A stretch of 64,000 bases of DNA from Nitrosopumilus sp. (GTDB lineage: Archaea; Thermoproteota; Nitrososphaeria; Nitrososphaerales; Nitrosopumilaceae). This document shows positions 30,824 through 40,486 of this stretch, piece after piece. Location: positions 1,088,001 to 1,152,000 of the forward strand of contig CBDBGZ010000009.1 in assembly GCA_965205425.1 (NCBI GenBank), given 5' to 3'. Each line of letters opens with the position of its first letter. Positions within the stretch are counted from its first letter, which is position 1. Made by a program: the position numbers and the translations under genes. A model generated the notes under the pieces. That model was not told where the DNA came from. It worked only from the letters and a program-made list of their open reading frames with translations, and searched no databases.

Positions 30824-31933
30824 CTATCTAGGAAAATATTTACTCTTTTTCGATTTTGGTCTTGATCTGTCTTCGGATTGTTTTGGCGTAGGTTCTCTAA
30901 TTTGGTTACAGTTTAAACAAAATACCTTTAATTCTTCTCTAGCAAGATCTGGTGACGAAATATATTTTCCCCAGGAGGCAGCATCACCACCACGACCAGA
31001 ATTATCAGAAGTGACATTTTCAGAAATTGGACTTATTCCTAATGCTCTTTCATCGTTAAAACCACAATTGGAACAGGTTTTTCCACCTAAAATTTCATAT
31101 AATTTTTCTTTAATCGTTTCAAAAAATTTGTCTGAACCACCTGAAAAGAAACTTTCTCGTTTTCTCAAAAATTTATCATTTCGTGGCTTTCTAGATCTTG
31201 AATTATCTCTACTAGATTCTCGTCTAGGCGAAGAACGTGAACCTCTATCATCTCTGGAATATCTATCATTTCCTGAATCTTGTGGTTTGTTTTGTCTGAA
31301 ACAATCACTACAGTAAACAGGTTTGTTACTTCTTGGAACAAATGGCACTGTACATTCAGTACCGCAATCAGAGCAAGTTACAGTTGTAGATTCATCTCTA
31401 CGATCGTTTCGTGAACCTCTATCATCTCTGGAATATCTATCATTTCCTGAATCTTGTGGTTTGTTTTGTCTGAAACAATCACTACAGTAAAGTGGTTTAT
31501 TATTTCTTGGAACAAATGGCACTGTACATTCAGTACCGCAATCAGAGCAAGTTACAGTTGTAGATTCATCTCTACGATCGTTTCGTGAACCTCTATCATC
31601 TCTGGAATATCGTGAACCTCTATCATCTCTGGAATATCGTGAACCTCTATCATCTCTGGAATATCTATCATTTCCTGAATCTTGTGGTTTGTTTTGTCTG
31701 AAACAATCACTACAGTAAAGTGGTTTATTATTTCTTGGAACAAATGGCACTGTACATTCAGTACCGCAATCAGAGCAAGTTACAGTTGTAGATTCATCTC
31801 TACGATCGTTTCGTGAATATCTTGAACCTCTATCATCCCCAGAATTTCTAAAAGAACGAGATGTATTATTATCACGTCTTGAATTTCTTCCATCTGTTTT
31901 TCCATCTGAATACTTTGATTTGTAGAGTTCCAT
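30824..31933 (-). CDS. CxxC-x17-CxxC zinc-ribbon repeat protein with R/D/S-rich linkers and HNH-like tail
   Basis: 3 x VTCSDCG..CTVPFVPR...PLYCSDCF; C-terminal LGGKTCSNCG...FCLNCN. Confidence 0.85.
   Translation of the reverse strand: MELYKSKYSDGKTDGRNSRRDNNTSRSFRNSGDDRGSRYSRNDRRDESTTVTCSDCGTECTVPFVPRNNKPLYCSDCFRQNKPQDSGNDRYSRDDRGSRYSRDDRGSRYSRDDRGSRNDRRDESTTVTCSDCGTECTVPFVPRNNKPLYCSDCFRQNKPQDSGNDRYSRDDRGSRNDRRDESTTVTCSDCGTECTVPFVPRSNKPVYCSDCFRQNKPQDSGNDRYSRDDRGSRSSPRRESSRDNSRSRKPRNDKFLRKRESFFSGGSDKFFETIKEKLYEILGGKTCSNCGFNDERALGISPISENVTSDNSGRGGDAASWGKYISSPDLAREELKVFCLNCNQIREPTPKQSEDRSRPKSKKSKYFPR
31236..31835 (-). repeat. Three 174-bp units with nested 27-bp tandem triplet
   Basis: CGTGAACCTCTATCATCTCTGGAATAT at 31236, 31410, 31584, 31611, 31638. 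Confidence 0.93.
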
Positions 31934-32006
31934 TGATAGAGAATTTGAGATCAATTGGTTATAGATACTTAGAGCTTTGATTTGTGCCTAGAATAAAAAA
32001 ATCACA

Positions 32007-32345
32007 TCAAACGAGAGATTTATCCATTTCAATAGACATTATTTCTTGTACTTTTAGAAAATAGAGTTTTGTTGAATATGGCATATCATCCAAATTGTTG
32101 TCAACTACAATCATAAAATATCTAACAGCTCGTTTTGAAATATCTAGATTAAATTTCATGTGAAGAACAGGATCTTGATGAACTTTGATTTTATCCTGAA
32201 GCCAAGGAGGAGCCATTTCAATTGTTTCTTTTATAATTTTATCATACCAATATGATAGATTTTGAGGATGTAAGCCCTGCTTAAGATTTGCAACATCAGT
32301 ATCAATTTTTTTCATCATGTGGTTTATGATTGCCATGAGGCTCAA
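32007..32345 (-). CDS. Hypothetical protein
   Basis: 112-aa ORF. Confidence 0.75.
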   Translation of the reverse strand: MSLMAIINHMMKKIDTDVANLKQGLHPQNLSYWYDKIIKETIEMAPPWLQDKIKVHQDPVLHMKFNLDISKRAVRYFMIVVDNNLDDMPYSTKLYFLKVQEIMSIEMDKSLV

Positions 32346-32388
32346 TCCAAGAATTTTGTTTTATTCCAATTACTCAAAGTTAGACAAG

Positions 32389-32865
32389 CTATTTGTCAAT
32401 TGATAGCAAGTTTCCATCAATATCCATTTCTGAATTTTTGATTCTAGTAGTAGATATTCTTGAACCATCTTGTGCCAAAAACATTGGAACTACTACAATT
32501 TGGACAGGTGGAAGATTCTTTTTTTCTCTTAATTTATTGAGATTATCACCTTGATTGCTAGTTTCATCACTTACAACTAGAGCTTGAACTTCTTTTTTTA
32601 AAACAGCAGGTCCAAAATCATTTTCTAATTTACTGATTTCAAAAATTGTATTTGAGAATTCTTTTGAAATAACAGATTTTAAATTTTCAAGTCGTTGGAC
32701 ATATTTGTTTGTCGGAACTTTGCCTTTTGTTGCAGCAAATTCATCGCTGGTTATTCCGATAATTACTTTATCAGCAATATCAAATGCATTTGAAAGTAAA
32801 GTTAGATGACCTCTATGAATGATATCAAAAGTTCCACCCATTGCAACAAGAGAATACTCAGACAT
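32389..32865 (-). CDS. coaD: Phosphopantetheine adenylyltransferase (archaeal type)
   Basis: GGTFDIIHRGH, GITSD, ALVVSDET, RISTTRI. Confidence 0.88.
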   Translation of the reverse strand: MSEYSLVAMGGTFDIIHRGHLTLLSNAFDIADKVIIGITSDEFAATKGKVPTNKYVQRLENLKSVISKEFSNTIFEISKLENDFGPAVLKKEVQALVVSDETSNQGDNLNKLREKKNLPPVQIVVVPMFLAQDGSRISTTRIKNSEMDIDGNLLSIDK

Positions 32866-32945
32866 GCAATATGATTATTTTCTTTGAAAATAAATCTACT
32901 AGTTTTATTGTATATTTTGGGTCTAATTTATTCAAAAAATTTGGT

Positions 32946-33656
32946 TTATTTGGATAATTTCATGAATCCTTCTTTAATTAAGAATTGAATTCCTTCAACA
33001 AATGAGTTATCATCTATTTGACCATCTGCCCACCATCCAGCATTGTTCTTAATCCAATCAGGGATTTTACTATCTTGAGAAACAGAGCCTTGTTCTGTAA
33101 TTGGAATATTCATGAATCCTTCTTTAATTAAGAATTGAATTCCTTCAACAAATGAGTTATCATCTATTTGACCATCTGCCCACCATCCAGCATTGTTCTT
33201 AATCCAATCAGGGATTTTACTATCTTGAGAAACAGATTCTACATCATTAGGAGTTATTTCAAATGAAATAATTGCAATTGTTGCTTTTGAATTTCCATAT
33301 TGGGCTTTAACTATGAATTTACCATCAGTAAATTTCTCACCAAGTTCTACAGTATGTAAGAAAGTGCCATCAATATCAACTGGAGTTTTTTGAGTAATAA
33401 CTAGATTATTTCCAGAGCTAAAAATTGAAATTCGTAAATTTCTTTCTTCATCATATTTGTTAACATTACCAGAAAATATTACAGATTCTCCTAGAAGATA
33501 TGATTCATTATCAGATTTTATATCTACAGTAAAATTGTTAGTACTACTTTGTTCAGGGGGACCACCATAACCCAAAACCATCTGGCCAGAAGAAGATACA
33601 ACAAGTATTGAGATTATGGAAATAACAAAAAATTTGTAAGATATCATTCTAAACAA
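32946..33656 (-). CDS. Secreted/surface protein with two IPDWIKNNAGWW domains
   Basis: Signal peptide; duplicated C-terminal domain typical of thaumarchaeal exported proteins. Confidence 0.85.
   Translation of the reverse strand: MFRMISYKFFVISIISILVVSSSGQMVLGYGGPPEQSSTNNFTVDIKSDNESYLLGESVIFSGNVNKYDEERNLRISIFSSGNNLVITQKTPVDIDGTFLHTVELGEKFTDGKFIVKAQYGNSKATIAIISFEITPNDVESVSQDSKIPDWIKNNAGWWADGQIDDNSFVEGIQFLIKEGFMNIPITEQGSVSQDSKIPDWIKNNAGWWADGQIDDNSFVEGIQFLIKEGFMKLSK
32959..33236. repeat. 128-bp identical direct repeat, period 150 bp
   Basis: 32959-33086 = 33109-33236. Confidence 0.93.
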
Positions 33657-33711
33657 TACATCTTTCTTTCTGCATTTAAACGGTGAGAAGATAGTCAGAT
33701 AGAAGGTAATT

Positions 33712-34800
33712 CTAGCTTACAATTATGAGAGTATATGGACCCTGTTCAGCAATTGGAACATTATTTCTATCCCAAACAAATGTTTCAATAAAGAAGAATC
33801 CTGATTCTTCTGGAATCCAATCAATGGTTTGAGTTTCTAATCCTGTTCCAATAAATCGACCGTCAAATTTTCCTACAAACACAGTAGTTGGAGGATCATT
33901 TCTATTGTCAGGGGATTTTTTTACTTGAACGTAGTAAGTATAGGGTGTTTCATCAGTTGCTTGTTCTGCTGCAAATTCAATTTGGGTTTTACTTTTAATA
34001 TAAAATTTTGAATCAATTTTGAGTTCAGATGATTTGTTTCCATCAGAATCTTCTACAAATACTTTGGAAATTGTAATTAATTTATCAGGAACTTGAGATA
34101 GAGGTATTTCTATATCTACTAAATCAGAAATAAAAATATCAGATTCAGCAAATAAGAAAAATCCTTTGGCATTAAAATCCAAAATATCATTAAACTCAAA
34201 AGAAACTTCAGTGTTAGGGTCTACATTGCCTAGTTCAATTGTGGATACTCCTAGAATTCGTGGAGGTTCAAAATGATCATAAAAAGCAAGATAGACATTA
34301 GTGTCTATATTTGGAGCGCCTCCATTTTGTAAAACTCCTGAAAATCTAAATGAACTGTCCAAAAATATATCAGTTGAATACACATTAAGCCCTTTTTGTT
34401 TTTCTACTGAAGAGTCAAATCCCAATAGAGAAACAGATGCTTCAGTAATCTCAGAATTTGCAGTTCCTGAACGAATGGCAAATGGGGATTTTCCATTTGG
34501 AGCGATAACTTCAAGGGTTGTATTTCCTTGAGTTACTTCTAATGGCTCAACTCCATATTGAGAGAAAAAGTTTGCCTGAATTTTTACATTAGTTACAGGA
34601 GTTAGCGGATTATTATTTTCAACCAGTCCAACTACAACTGTAAATCCTTCAGAATCCTGATATACATGAATATTTTCTTCGTTAAGAGTTACAGTTAGCG
34701 TGGGTGCATTATCAGTAGTCTCTGCTGAGAAAGCCTGTGAAAATGGAACCAGTAATAAAATCATGAATGTGCATAAAATTGCCTTCATCATAATTTCCAT
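33712..34800 (-). CDS. Secreted hypothetical protein, beta-rich
   Basis: Signal peptide ..SQAFSA; 362-aa ORF. Confidence 0.8.
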   Translation of the reverse strand: MEIMMKAILCTFMILLLVPFSQAFSAETTDNAPTLTVTLNEENIHVYQDSEGFTVVVGLVENNNPLTPVTNVKIQANFFSQYGVEPLEVTQGNTTLEVIAPNGKSPFAIRSGTANSEITEASVSLLGFDSSVEKQKGLNVYSTDIFLDSSFRFSGVLQNGGAPNIDTNVYLAFYDHFEPPRILGVSTIELGNVDPNTEVSFEFNDILDFNAKGFFLFAESDIFISDLVDIEIPLSQVPDKLITISKVFVEDSDGNKSSELKIDSKFYIKSKTQIEFAAEQATDETPYTYYVQVKKSPDNRNDPPTTVFVGKFDGRFIGTGLETQTIDWIPEESGFFFIETFVWDRNNVPIAEQGPYTLIIVS

Positions 34801-34922
34801 TAAGATTGGAGATTAATTTCATGTAGCATATCAAATAGTGAACAAGAAAGGTAACAACGTTAAACCCAGTTTACACTAAAAGTTAGAAGAATAAAAAGAA
34901 ATTAAAAATAGATGTAATTATT

Positions 34923-35024
34923 TTATTTTCTCTTTGCGGTAATTGCTAACCAGTAAATTAAACCTGGAGCTAAACCAACAATGAGTGGAATCCATACAGG
35001 CCATCCATCGACTACACTTGCCAT
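34923..35024 (-). CDS. 33-aa single-TM microprotein
   Basis: MASVVDGWPVWIPLIVGLAPGLIYWLAITAKRK*; TTTAAATA TATA-like box ~25 nt upstream. Confidence 0.65.
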   Translation of the reverse strand: MASVVDGWPVWIPLIVGLAPGLIYWLAITAKRK

Positions 35025-35101
35025 AAGAGAAAACCGAAACTTATCCTATTTAAATCCATCCAGCAGTCTGAATTTCAGCATAGATCGGAGGAGTTGAAAA
35101 G

Positions 35102-35175
35102 TGGACCGGACGGAATTTGAATCCGTGACCCCCCGCGTGCAAGGCGGGTATACTACCAGGCTATACTACCGGCCC
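35102..35175 (-). tRNA. tRNA-Ala(TGC)
   Basis: GGGCCGG/CCGGTCC acceptor with G3:U70; CCCGC-CTTGCAC-GCGGG. Confidence 0.95.
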
Positions 35176-35254
35176 ACATGAAGAATCAATTATCTGTGGA
35201 TTTTAATTGTTACTTCTTGGCAAGAATTTTATTTGAAAACACGATCGTTTTATC

Positions 35255-35809
35255 ATGGTACTTTTAGAATCACAAATCAAGCTAAAAGCAGGTGATATCG
35301 CACCAGATTTTGAATTAGTTGGAATTGACGATAAAAAACATTCATTGAATGATTACAGTAACTATAAGGGAATTTTAGTAATTTTCATGTGCAATCATTG
35401 TCCATATGTAAAAGCAAAAGTAGATGCACTCAATGAATTATATGAAAAATGTGGAAAGGACATAGCAATTATTGGGATTAACAGTAATGATTCCACTGAT
35501 TATCCAGAAGATAGTTTTGATGCCATGAAACAAACTGCAAAAGAAAAAGGATTTGAATTTGATTATCTAGTAGATGAAACACAAGAGATTGCAAAGAAAT
35601 ATGGTGCAATGTGTACTCCAGATCCCTTCTTGTTTAATGCACAAAAAGAGTTAGTTTTCCATGGAAAAATAGATAATGCCATGAAACCAGATGATGAGGC
35701 AACTGAAAAAACAATGATCCTCAATATGGAAAAATTAATTGCTGGAGAAAAAATCGAAAATGATTTTGACCCCTCAATTGGCTGTTCTATCAAGTGGAAA
35801 GAAAATTAA
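35255..35809 (+). CDS. Thioredoxin-fold redoxin (AhpC/TSA-like)
   Basis: APDFEL, CNHCPYV, INSND...YPEDS, GCSIKW. Confidence 0.92.
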   Translation: MVLLESQIKLKAGDIAPDFELVGIDDKKHSLNDYSNYKGILVIFMCNHCPYVKAKVDALNELYEKCGKDIAIIGINSNDSTDYPEDSFDAMKQTAKEKGFEFDYLVDETQEIAKKYGAMCTPDPFLFNAQKELVFHGKIDNAMKPDDEATEKTMILNMEKLIAGEKIENDFDPSIGCSIKWKEN

Positions 35810-35842
35810 ACTTAAATGACTCTAGCCTAGAGATTTGTTCGT

Positions 35843-35917
35843 GGGCTCGTAGCTCAGCTTGGCTGGAGCGTTCGACTGATAATCGAAAGGTCATGTGTTC
35901 GAATCACATCGGGCCCA
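35843..35917 (+). tRNA. tRNA-Ile(GAT)
   Basis: GGGCTCG/CGGGCCC; TTCGA-CTGATAA-TCGAA. Confidence 0.96.
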
Positions 35918-35923
35918 TTTTTG

Positions 35924-36817
35924 TTATTTTAAGTTTTGAGATATAGTTTGAGACCATTGTAGAATGTCCTCAATTTTTTCAGATATTAAATCTGAACTGG
36001 TTTTAGTTTTTTTAGATGCCTTACCACAAAGTGCTAATTTCATCTGTTTTCCAGATTTTTCTTTAATAGGGTTTATGGAATCTGCAAAAAAGTTTAGACC
36101 TTCCTCAGTTTGGGAAAATACCACTACAACCAAAATACCAGGTTTTTGTTTCCATATTTTTCCAATTAGTTTTTGAAAATCAAGATCAAATAACACATTG
36201 ATTGCAGAGGACATATCTCCTAAATGAGAAACCTTCCAACCATCAGAATGGTAAACTGCTGATGCTGTCTCAGAATACAATCTGCTTTGGGTATCAGCTG
36301 CAATGACAACTATGTTCTTTTTTGGATCAGAAACTTCTTGAATTTGATTGAATATTTGAAGAGATTTTGATATTGTATTGATTAGAAGATTTTGTTCAGA
36401 TGTTCCAATTTTCCCATCATCAAATAATTTCTTTACATGATCAATTGATGGGAAAATTACCTCTAAAATCAAACGATTCACAGTTCCACCAGAATGTATG
36501 CAATTTCGAATCAGAGAATAGACTTGATCTTCATTTCCTTTGATTAGATATTCAAGATATTGTGGACCTACTTTGAAATAATCATCAGGGAAATTAAAAG
36601 ACTCTTGCCCTGGTTCTAAAAACCATAAAGTAACGTTTCCAATATTTTTTTGGTGTAGTAATCCTTCAGCTGCAAAAACTTTGAGATATTTTGACATGGT
36701 GATTCTATTAACACTAATTTTTTCAGCAATCTCAACTCCAGACATTCCAGAAACAGCATCATCTAAAATTAAAATTAATTTTTGTCTTATTTCCTCAGTA
36801 GAATATCCTTTTCCCAT
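35924..36817 (-). CDS. HTH regulator with cobalamin-binding-like domain
   Basis: SGVEIAEKISVNRITMSKYL HTH; EVIFPSI..V..LFDDGKI..EQ cap; GWKVSHLG. Confidence 0.7.
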   Translation of the reverse strand: MGKGYSTEEIRQKLILILDDAVSGMSGVEIAEKISVNRITMSKYLKVFAAEGLLHQKNIGNVTLWFLEPGQESFNFPDDYFKVGPQYLEYLIKGNEDQVYSLIRNCIHSGGTVNRLILEVIFPSIDHVKKLFDDGKIGTSEQNLLINTISKSLQIFNQIQEVSDPKKNIVVIAADTQSRLYSETASAVYHSDGWKVSHLGDMSSAINVLFDLDFQKLIGKIWKQKPGILVVVVFSQTEEGLNFFADSINPIKEKSGKQMKLALCGKASKKTKTSSDLISEKIEDILQWSQTISQNLK

Positions 36818-37055
36818 AGTGCTTTTGGACTATGGTATTCTATAAAGACTAATTTTCATTTTGAAAATAGAGGCACAGATTTAGACGATGTTGACGCGTG
36901 TATAGGATATTTTATTCATATTTTTAATTGAGATATAACTAATCAGAATGCCTTATGAATAACTACTCTTATTTCCTAATATGGTAGAAGACGAGTCAAT
37001 TAATCTATCCAAATCTAAAAGCCATCTTGGAAAAATAGGGCTTGTGATTATGGTA

Positions 37056-38201
37056 TAGTTTAGGCATATAAATTCTGAATAAACTGTCAAGTATTTTAAC
37101 CCAAAAGATCTAGATCGTAGAATCAATTCATGAAACCATGTCAAAGAGTACAAGACAATCCAAGGTTTCCTCTGGGAATCAATTCATGAAAGGTACAAGC
37201 ATTAATTTTTTAAGAAAAACATGCAAGAATGAAAAAAATGCAAAAGCAAAGATAAGACTAAAGGCTGCAATTTTACGCAAACAAGACATGAGATATTCTC
37301 AAATATGCATCAGTCTTGATATCATACCATCAACTCTTAGTAATTGGTTAAACCAAATGAACCGAGAAGGAATATCTGCATCACGCCGCAAGAAATATTC
37401 TGGTTCTAGATGTTTCTTAGATAAAAAACAGCTAGTGTCATTAAGGAATGATCTAATTTCAGGTCCAGAAAAGTTTGGATTTAACCAATTCATGTGGAGT
37501 ACAAGAATGGTAATTACACATGTGAATAAAAAATACAACACCCTATACTCTGCAAGAGGAATGCGTGAATTACTACACCGTATCGGATTCTCATCTAAAA
37601 AACCAAGACAGACTCATCACAAATCAGCCTCAAAAGAGGAACAAACCCGTTTTAAAAAAACGCAAAAAGGAGTATCAAAAAATATTCCAAATTGGGATAC
37701 ACCACATTATGTCTGGATGAGTCAACAAACAAGATAGCTCCAAATATCAAAAAAGGCTGGTATCTAAAAGGAAAAAATACACAAACCAAAATCAACTATA
37801 CTCGAGAAAAGTTTCAATCATTTGGTGCATTGGGGGATGACGGTGTATTTTTTTGTAGGTTCTATGATAAATCAAACACAGACTCATTTCTTGATTTCTT
37901 AAAATCCTTGCAGAAACAATTTGGTAAGAAACTGTTATTGTTTGCAGATAATGCATCATACCACAAAAGTCTCAGAGTAAAAGAATTTCTCAAAGCACCA
38001 AAAAATAAAGTAATCATCAGATATTTTCCTGCATACACTCCAGAACTCAATCCAATTGAGATACAGTGGAGAGAAGAGAAAAATGGTAATGCCAATACAT
38101 TTTTTGCAAATGGAACTGAGATGAGAAAACACATGCAGAAGAGACTAGATAATGGTGATGTTAGAGTTGTTAAAATATTCAAATATTTAATGCCTTAACT
38201 A
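37056..38201 (+). mobile_element. IS630-family element
   Basis: TA duplication (37054-55, 38202-03); imperfect TIR TAGTT(T/A)AGGCAT...TGAAT. Confidence 0.9.
37138..38198 (+). CDS. IS630 transposase, two ORFs joined by -1 shift at T4A7 (37650-37660)
   Basis: HTH ORF ends RFKKT; -1 frame gives CLDES, DNASYH, PAYTPELNPIE. Confidence 0.87.
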
Positions 38202-38713
38202 TAATAGGCATGATTATTCTATATGCAGACGGAATCAGGCTGACTCAGATAGTTTCAGTAGGTTATCAGTTTTATGAACATCCCGAAATCCATATCCCAA
38301 TAATTGGAATTGTAATTGCATTTTTTGGAACAGGAATTTTCATTTACAATTTCAGCAAAGGAAGAAATGTAATTTAGTTATCATTCTTATTTTGTATTTT
38401 AATAATCATAATGAGTAAAACAAGAGAAAGAAACATCAAACTAAAGTATTATTTTTAATTAAATGCTATATGTTTCAATGTTCTATATGCGGTTTAAAAT
38501 TTACCGAAGAAAGACGTCTAAAGATACATTTCAAAACTCATGAAAAACGAGAGGAGAAAAATAAGATGGAAAAAAGAACAAAAATGCCTGATTTTGAGAA
38601 ACCTGATTTTTCACAGGTGAACATTTGAACTTCATGTCCAATTAACGCACCAATACCTTTAGAATAAAACATTATATACTTGGGTACTTTATTGTACGGT
38701 AAGGAAAAGTAAA

Positions 38714-39100
38714 TTGCCAAAAGCTGGATTCAAATCAATCACTGTCTCGGAAACTGTTTATGATAAATTCCACGAAGTTTATCAAAAGAGTAAAGACGAC
38801 CTAACAATGAAAGGTGTCAACAGTTTTGCCGGCTATGTAACTTACATGTTAGAGGAGATGATGCAAAAGGACAAAACCTTTGCAAGATATGCTCCAAAGA
38901 TTGAAAAAATTTCAGTTGATGATGATCGTGTTATTCTAAAAGATAATATCAAAAATAGAATTGCAGAAGTTGCAATTCAGAAAGGAGAATTGTTTTGTCA
39001 GCTCTGTGATGAGAAAGATTGTGTCCACGTTGGATTTGTATTCTCGCTACCAGATGTTTACGAAGTTCTAAACGCTAGAGGAATCAAAAATCCAAGATAA
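38714..39100 (+). CDS. Hypothetical protein, possible RHH N-terminus and C-terminal Zn site
   Basis: FKSITVSETVYDK; CQLC...C.H. Confidence 0.75.
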   Translation: MPKAGFKSITVSETVYDKFHEVYQKSKDDLTMKGVNSFAGYVTYMLEEMMQKDKTFARYAPKIEKISVDDDRVILKDNIKNRIAEVAIQKGELFCQLCDEKDCVHVGFVFSLPDVYEVLNARGIKNPR

Positions 39101-39101
39101 G

Positions 39102-39223
39102 TGGAGGAGGTGGGATTTGAACCCACGAACTCCTGAGAGACAGGATCACCCATTATTTGATCTTAAGTCCTGCATGTCCAAAAGCACATAGTGCTTACTT
39201 TGGCCAGGCTTGATTACTCCTCC
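39102..39223 (-). tRNA. tRNA-Leu(TAA) with two introns (22 nt in D arm, 39176-39197; 15 nt at 37/38, 39147-39161)
   Basis: GGAGGAG/CTCCTCC acceptor, long variable arm; BHB helices CCAA/TTGG and CTTA/TGGG. Confidence 0.9.
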
Positions 39224-39314
39224 AAAAGGAATAAAATCTGAGTGAAATTTAACAGTTTAGAGTAAATTGGCCCAGAATGAAGAATTATAAGGATTTTCTA
39301 CAGGGTGAATTTGT

Positions 39315-39388
39315 GCTTCGGTAGCTCAGTCTGGTAGAGCGTTACATTGGTAATGTAAAGGTCACGGGTTCAGATCCCGTTCGAAGCT
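39315..39388 (+). tRNA. tRNA-Thr(GGT)
   Basis: GCTTCGG/TCGAAGC; TTACA-TTGGTAA-TGTAA. Confidence 0.95.
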
Positions 39389-39526
39389 TCTTATTTTCTA
39401 ATTTAATCAAGATTTTGACCAATTTACGAAATTTGTATTTAAGCTATTCTGAGACTAGGAAAAAGTTAGTTCAAGATCAAATTATTTTATCCATAGTACG
39501 GTTAATGATTTTTGCAATAGCAATCA

Positions 39527-40387
39527 TTGAAACAAGTTTACCGACAAATTGCAACTACTCCAAAACCATTCGTCAAATGGGCAGGTGGCAAACGTCAACT
39601 AATTCCTATTCTAACTGAAAATCTTCCAAAATCCTTTGGCACTTATTATGAGCCATTTATCGGAGGAGGGGCATTATTATTCCACATACTTACTGAGAGA
39701 AAGGGACAAAAATGCAGTATCTCGGATTTGAATTCAGATCTAGTTTTAACATATACTACAATTCGAGACAAAATTGATGGACTAATTTCATCTCTAAAAA
39801 ATCATGAAAAAAATTATCAAAAAGACTCCAAGACATATTATTATTCAGTCAGAGAATCCAATCCAAGAAGCGAAATTGAAAAGACATCAAGATTACTCTT
39901 CATGAATAGGACCTGTTTTAATGGATTATACCGAGTTAACAGTAAAGGAAAATTCAATGTTCCTCTAGGCAGATATACAAATCCCAACATCGTAAATGAG
40001 GATAATCTACGCTCAGTAAATGCCATTTTGAACACAAGTAAAATTGCAATCAAATGTAGAGATTTTGAATCAGTTCTACGAGATGCCAAAAAAGGAGATC
40101 TAGTTTACTTTGATCCTCCATACCAACCAGTAAGTGATACGGCCAACTTTACAAGTTATACAAATAAGAGCTTCACATATGATGATCTTAATAGATTAGC
40201 AGAATTATGTTTGAAATTAGATTCCAAAGGATGTAAAGTTCTTTTATCAAATTCGGATTCAAAAGAAGTTGCAAAAATTTTCTCAGACAAACCTTGGAAA
40301 ATAAATAAAATTCAAGCAAATCGGTCTATCAATTCAAATTCCAAAAAACGTACTGGACACTTTGAATTACTAATTAAAAATTATTAG
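39527..40387 (+). CDS. dam: DNA adenine methylase, Dam/D12 class (orphan here)
   Basis: KWAGGK, EPFIGGG, FNGLYRVN..GKFNVP, DPPY. Confidence 0.92.
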   Translation: MKQVYRQIATTPKPFVKWAGGKRQLIPILTENLPKSFGTYYEPFIGGGALLFHILTERKGQKCSISDLNSDLVLTYTTIRDKIDGLISSLKNHEKNYQKDSKTYYYSVRESNPRSEIEKTSRLLFMNRTCFNGLYRVNSKGKFNVPLGRYTNPNIVNEDNLRSVNAILNTSKIAIKCRDFESVLRDAKKGDLVYFDPPYQPVSDTANFTSYTNKSFTYDDLNRLAELCLKLDSKGCKVLLSNSDSKEVAKIFSDKPWKINKIQANRSINSNSKKRTGHFELLIKNY

Positions 40388-40461
40388 AAAAATTCAAACA
40401 AGATTTTTCAAATTTTCATTATCAAAAATTTTTGTAGAGAATACTCTAAGATAAGATAATA

Positions 40462-40477
40462 AAATGAAAAGGAAAAG
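40462..40477 (-). terminator. Pyrimidine/oligo-T tract after amoA
   Basis: CTTTTCCTTTTCATTT on - strand, identical to tract after amoB. Confidence 0.55.
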
Positions 40478-40486
40478 GTTGGATTT

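Larger units (their letters stand above)
36981..38377 (+). pseudogene. 82-aa two-TM membrane protein gene split by IS630
   Basis: Removing 37056-38203 restores MVEDESIN...GLVIMV|IGMIILY...IFIYNFSKGRNVI*. Confidence 0.8.

Noticed and set aside
31236..31835. Regularly spaced 27-bp repeats as a CRISPR array
   Set aside because: Intervening sequences are near-identical rather than unique, the array is in-frame coding, and no cas genes are present.
39527..40387. Restriction-modification system
   Set aside because: No endonuclease gene adjacent; flanked by tRNA-Thr and amoA.
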